Origin: a candidate division FCPU426 bacterium
Lineage (GTDB): Bacteria > Oederibacteriota > JAAXVQ01 > JAUVAV01
Assembly (NCBI GenBank): GCA_030591525.1
Contig: JAUVAV010000009.1
Coordinates: 16,805 to 80,804 of the forward strand
Length of the DNA: 64,000 nucleotides
Direction: 5' to 3'
The notes beneath the pieces are model-generated. The model was given only the letters and a program-made list of their open reading frames with translations. It did no database searches and was not told where the DNA came from. Shown here piece after piece: positions 59,629 to 64,000 of this stretch. A program made the position numbers and the translations under genes. The stretch's first letter is position 1, and each line of letters begins with the position of its first letter.

Positions 59629-60501
59629 TCAACCAGTTTTCATCTGCTCCATCGTATGATCAAGAGCGGTTGCCAGGTTCCAGAGCTTATGACTTTTCAG
59701 CACAGCCTGGGCTTTCCCGGTTTTCAATCCCCCCACCAGCGGCCGCCTGGCTTTTTGCTTTAATTCAGCGGTCGTGACCGGTTTAACCATACCCGGATCA
59801 TATCCCAGTTTATCCAGCGCTTTTTTAGCAAAATCATACCGCCCTATCCGGGTCGTACCAACCAGGTTGTAAATCCCGGTACATCCGGTCTCTATTAACT
59901 CGCCCAGAGCCTGCGCCAGGTTCTGAGCCTGGGTCGGATTCCCGATCTGATCATCCGGTACGGTGAAGGGCACTCCCCGGGAAGCCCGGTTCAGCAATTG
60001 CATAAAAAAATTCAGCGATCCGGGCAAGTAGGAAAAAACCACGGTCGTCCGGATAATCAGGTGATTTTCCAGGAGCGCGGCCACTACTTTCTCACCGGCC
60101 AGCTTGGTTCGGCCGTACACGGATTCCGGCTCCGGAGAATCCTCTTCACTATACGGCCCCGCTTGTCCATTAAAAACATATTCCGATGAGAAGAACGTCA
60201 AACCTGCATCCACAGCTTTGCAAGCCCGGGCGATGTTTTCCGCTCCTTGAACATTAATGGCTTCTGCTAAGGCAGGTTCCATTTCGCACTGATCTACATT
60301 TGTCAGGGCAGCGGTCAGAAGAACGTGCTGCGGACGAATTTCTGAAATATATTTTTTGGTTGCCCCAGCATCACGGATATCCAGGCCGGGCAGATTGTCA
60401 ACCCCGTTCATTGATGTTCCGGACACTTGATGGGAACCTGCCAACTCACGAAGTAAAAATGTGCCCACTTGCCCTTCCGCGCCGATCACCAGAATTTTCA
60501 T
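59629..60501 (-). CDS. rfbD: dTDP-4-dehydrorhamnose reductase
   Basis: RmlD-like SDR (MKILVIGAEGQVG ... YGRTK). Confidence 0.8.
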   Translation of the reverse strand: MKILVIGAEGQVGTFLLRELAGSHQVSGTSMNGVDNLPGLDIRDAGATKKYISEIRPQHVLLTAALTNVDQCEMEPALAEAINVQGAENIARACKAVDAGLTFFSSEYVFNGQAGPYSEEDSPEPESVYGRTKLAGEKVVAALLENHLIIRTTVVFSYLPGSLNFFMQLLNRASRGVPFTVPDDQIGNPTQAQNLAQALGELIETGCTGIYNLVGTTRIGRYDFAKKALDKLGYDPGMVKPVTTAELKQKARRPLVGGLKTGKAQAVLKSHKLWNLATALDHTMEQMKTG

Positions 60502-60514
60502 AAAATATCTTCCT

Positions 60515-61558
<1,044 letters not shown>

Positions 61559-61581
61559 TTATTATTATCTAGAAGATAAAT

Positions 61582-61610
61582 GTAGGGGCGGGTTCGAAAC
61601 CCGCCCCTAC
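61582..61610. repeat. GTAGGGGC...GCCCCTAC hairpin (member 4)
   Basis: gtaggggcgggttcgaaacccgcccctac. Confidence 0.85.
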
Positions 61611-61653
61611 AACTGCCGATGATACCATAATCAACGGCTAATCTATCACTAAT

Positions 61654-62670
61654 TCATTTAACTCTATGCCGTTTCTGATACTGCCGGCGGTAATATTGCA
61701 TATATTCGCCGGATTTTAAAGACTGCCACCATTCGGGATGATCCTGATACCATTCTACCGTATGCTTTAAAGCTTTGACAAACGGCCAGGCCGGCTGCCA
61801 GCCTAACTCCCTTATTTTACGGGTATTTAAAGCATAGCGGCGGTCATGTCCCAAGCGGTCAATAACATGTTTGACCAGGCTCTCCGGTTTTATTAGTAAT
61901 TTTAAGATAGTGCTGGTTATCTCCCAGTTGGTGTGAGTATTGCCCGCACCCAGGTTATATATCTCCCCGGGAATCCCTTGCTCTAAAATTGAATCCAGTC
62001 CCCGGCAATTGTCCTCCACGTATATCCAGTCGCGGGTGTTCAAGCCATCGCCGTAAAGCGGAAGCAATTTATTCTCCAAAGCATTGGTAACAAACAGTGG
62101 AATTAATTTTTCCGGATACTGGCGCGGCCCGAAATTATTGGACGAACGCGCAATTAAAACCGGCAAACCATAAGTATGCCGATATGCCAGTACCTGGAGA
62201 TCACCCCCGGCCTTGGAAGCTGAATACGGGCTGGACGGTTTCAGGTCGTCGGTCTCGCGAAAGGCTCCGCGCTCGATGGAACCATATACCTCGTCCGTGG
62301 ATATCTGTAAAAACCGCTTCATGCGGTGCCGGCGCACCGCTTCCAGCAGGGTTTGGGTTCCCAGGACGTCTGTCCGGGCAAAATCCTCAGGGCTGAGGAT
62401 AGAGCGGTCCACGTGCGTTTCCGCGGCGAAATTCACTATTACTTCAAGGCGGTATTTCCGAATTATACGCTCCACGGTTCGGGCTTCGCAGATATCACCT
62501 TTTATGAATTTAAACCGCGGATTCCGGCGCGCTCCGGCCAGATTGGCCGGATTGCCGGCATAAGTTAATTTATCCAGCACCACCACCAGATCACGCGCAT
62601 GCTGCTTCAGCCTGAGATCCACAAAATGGGAACCTATGAATCCGGCTCCACCAGTAACTAACAAACGCAT
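61654..62670 (-). CDS. rfbB: dTDP-glucose 4,6-dehydratase
   Basis: LVTGGAGFIGSH ... YSASKAGGD; RmlB-wide similarity. Confidence 0.9.
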   Translation of the reverse strand: MRLLVTGGAGFIGSHFVDLRLKQHARDLVVVLDKLTYAGNPANLAGARRNPRFKFIKGDICEARTVERIIRKYRLEVIVNFAAETHVDRSILSPEDFARTDVLGTQTLLEAVRRHRMKRFLQISTDEVYGSIERGAFRETDDLKPSSPYSASKAGGDLQVLAYRHTYGLPVLIARSSNNFGPRQYPEKLIPLFVTNALENKLLPLYGDGLNTRDWIYVEDNCRGLDSILEQGIPGEIYNLGAGNTHTNWEITSTILKLLIKPESLVKHVIDRLGHDRRYALNTRKIRELGWQPAWPFVKALKHTVEWYQDHPEWWQSLKSGEYMQYYRRQYQKRHRVK

Positions 62671-63425
62671 TATTCCAATCGCCTTTCAAAAATTTTTTTC
62701 TGCTTTTGTGCCATCAGATTGGCTTCAAACCAGGAATCAATTGATTCTCCCGCGTCCGCCCAATGCCCCTTCACGATCCCGTAAGTCATCTGCTTTCGCC
62801 GCAAATAGGCATTATTGACATCCGTGATTTCCAGTTCCCCACGGCCGGAAGGTTTCAGGGTTTTGATGATTTTGAACACGCTGGCATGATAGAAATAAAT
62901 ACCAATCACGGCATACGGGGAGGGCGGACGGGAAGGTTTTTCAATGATTTTTTCTATGCGTGAGCCCTTAAACTTCGGTACACCGTAGGCTGAAAGGTTT
63001 CCCACTTCTTTCAGAAGAATCATGCCGCCCCCTGCCTGTTCTTGAAAAGTTTTAACATAAGGCCGGAGCGATTCGGAGATTAAGTTGTCGCCCAGATAAA
63101 CCATGACGCGTTGGCCTTCGGCGAATTCTTCGGCCAGACCCAAAGCCTCGGCAATCCCGCCTTCGTCTCGTTGATAGGTATATTGCAGCCGGCGAATGCC
63201 GTACTGCCGGCCATCTCCCAGCAGGCGCAGGAAATCGCCCGCGTTATTGCCTCCGGTCACCAGCATGATCTCTTTAATGCCGGCCTTTACCATGCTCTCT
63301 ATGGGATGCAGAATCATGGGACGATCATATACCGGAAGCAAATGCTTGTTGGTGATATCCGTGAGGGGTTTCAAGCGCGTACCCAATCCCCCGGCTAAAA
63401 TAACGCCTTTTATGGTTGGTGTCAT
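62670..63425 (-). CDS. rfbA: Glucose-1-phosphate thymidylyltransferase family (short form)
   Basis: GVILAGGLGTRLKPLT ... LLPVYDRPMI, RmlA-like; 1-nt overlap with rfbB. Confidence 0.75.
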   Translation of the reverse strand: MTPTIKGVILAGGLGTRLKPLTDITNKHLLPVYDRPMILHPIESMVKAGIKEIMLVTGGNNAGDFLRLLGDGRQYGIRRLQYTYQRDEGGIAEALGLAEEFAEGQRVMVYLGDNLISESLRPYVKTFQEQAGGGMILLKEVGNLSAYGVPKFKGSRIEKIIEKPSRPPSPYAVIGIYFYHASVFKIIKTLKPSGRGELEITDVNNAYLRRKQMTYGIVKGHWADAGESIDSWFEANLMAQKQKKIFERRLE

Positions 63426-63572
63426 ATCTTCTGCTCCTCTTTTACCTATTCGTCTTTTGCAAATTCGAAACCCAGACTAGTTTTGTAATCTATTAGCCAT
63501 TGGCTTACCCGCAAGTGAATATTTGGTGTTGTTTTTTAATCCCTCGGAAGCTGAAATATACCGCCCACGGAC

Positions 63573-63600
63573 GTAGGGGCGTTTAATTAAACGCCCCTAC
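63573..63600. repeat. GTAGGGGC...GCCCCTAC hairpin (member 5)
   Basis: gtaggggcgtttaattaaacgcccctac. Confidence 0.85.
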
Positions 63601-63704
63601 AACTACCGATGATACCATAACCAACAGTTATATTACCAAGTTTCAAGACCAGGAAATATCACCGGCCCAAATGACAATTTATGGATTTGCAAAAGTTTCG
63701 TTCC

Positions 63705-64000
63705 TTACTTTCTTCCGATTCCCCGGTAATTGAATCCTAAAGCTTTGACTTTAGTGGGATCATAGATATTACGGCCGTCAACCATGTTCGGGGCGCGCAT
63801 CGAAGCTTTGACGCGTTCCAGGTCCATTTCCTTGAATTCATTCCACTCCGTAAAAATCACCAGGCAATGGGCGTCTTCAGCAGCCGCGTAAGCATTTTCA
63901 GCGAACTTTACCCCGGGCAGAAGAACCTGGGCCGCTTCCATAGCTGCGGGATCATATGCCTTTACCCGGGCCCCGTTCTCCATTAATAAATGAATTACCT
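63705..64000 (-). CDS. UDP-glucose/GDP-mannose dehydrogenase family, C-terminal part (gene continues beyond the window end)
   Basis: UDPG_MGDP_dh C-terminal domain (...MVDGRNIYDP...). Confidence 0.75.
   Translation of the reverse strand, partial: VIHLLMENGARVKAYDPAAMEAAQVLLPGVKFAENAYAAAEDAHCLVIFTEWNEFKEMDLERVKASMRAPNMVDGRNIYDPTKVKALGFNYRGIGRK

Noticed and set aside
61611-61640. ops/JUMPstart-like element (GGCGGTAG) for RfaH-type antitermination in the flank tcatcGGCAGttgTAGGGG / tcatcGGTAGttgTAGGGG
   Set aside because: Only 5-6 of 8 positions match, and the organism appears to be FCB-group where RfaH/ops is not expected. It is kept only as a remote possibility under the conserved-flank finding.

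Overview
The window is mostly minus-strand and gene-dense, and its gene content points to a diderm organism, likely FCB-group because of a T9SS type-A C-terminal sorting domain. Nothing here points to a single dramatic new system; the novel material is several repeat and hairpin families plus several unusual gene fusions. From left to right it contains:

1. A Tad/Flp pilus assembly operon (20-6261): tadB, a fused CpaE/TadZ-CpaF/TadA ATPase, secretin cpaC, cpaB, and TadG/TadE pseudopilins. No flp pilin or prepilin peptidase is visible.
2. A secreted seven-repeat (probable beta-propeller) protein with a T9SS-type C-terminal domain (6353-7930).
3. A plus-strand GyrI-like / PAP2 phosphatase / outer-membrane beta-barrel mini-operon (8259-10772).
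4. Two membrane GGDEF diguanylate cyclases (10792-12399 and 23544-24845). A shared 43-bp palindrome is the only feature common to both.
5. A long minus-strand run of polysaccharide precursor and LPS-core genes (14215-23362): DJ-1, TldD, PGM/PMM, NDP-sugar pyrophosphorylase, epimerase, WbaP, GT4, GT9 heptosyltransferase.
6. A very large glycan locus (25-64 kb): GT9, GT39, many GT4 and GT2 genes, two Wzx flippases, two or three Wzy/WaaL-like ligases or polymerases (one fused to a SAM methyltransferase), a second WbaP, Wzz, fcl, gmd, an Rmd-like gene, rfbD, rfbB, rfbA and a partial ugd.
7. Within the locus, a clearly AT-richer 12.5-kb cassette (about 43.8-56.3 kb) with its own Wzx/Wzy/Wzz. It is bounded by a MITE-like palindromic element, contains intergenic hairpin repeats, and carries a recombination scar (a duplicated gene 5' end).

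Non-coding structure the genes do not explain:
- A family of five perfect GTAGGGGC...GCCCCTAC hairpins with compensatory-variable cores and conserved flanks, sitting in intra-operon spacers.
- Three MITE-like long imperfect palindromes (24.9, 32.0 and 44.0 kb).
- An intrinsic terminator between two divergent genes.

No rRNA, tRNA, CRISPR array or transposase was seen.
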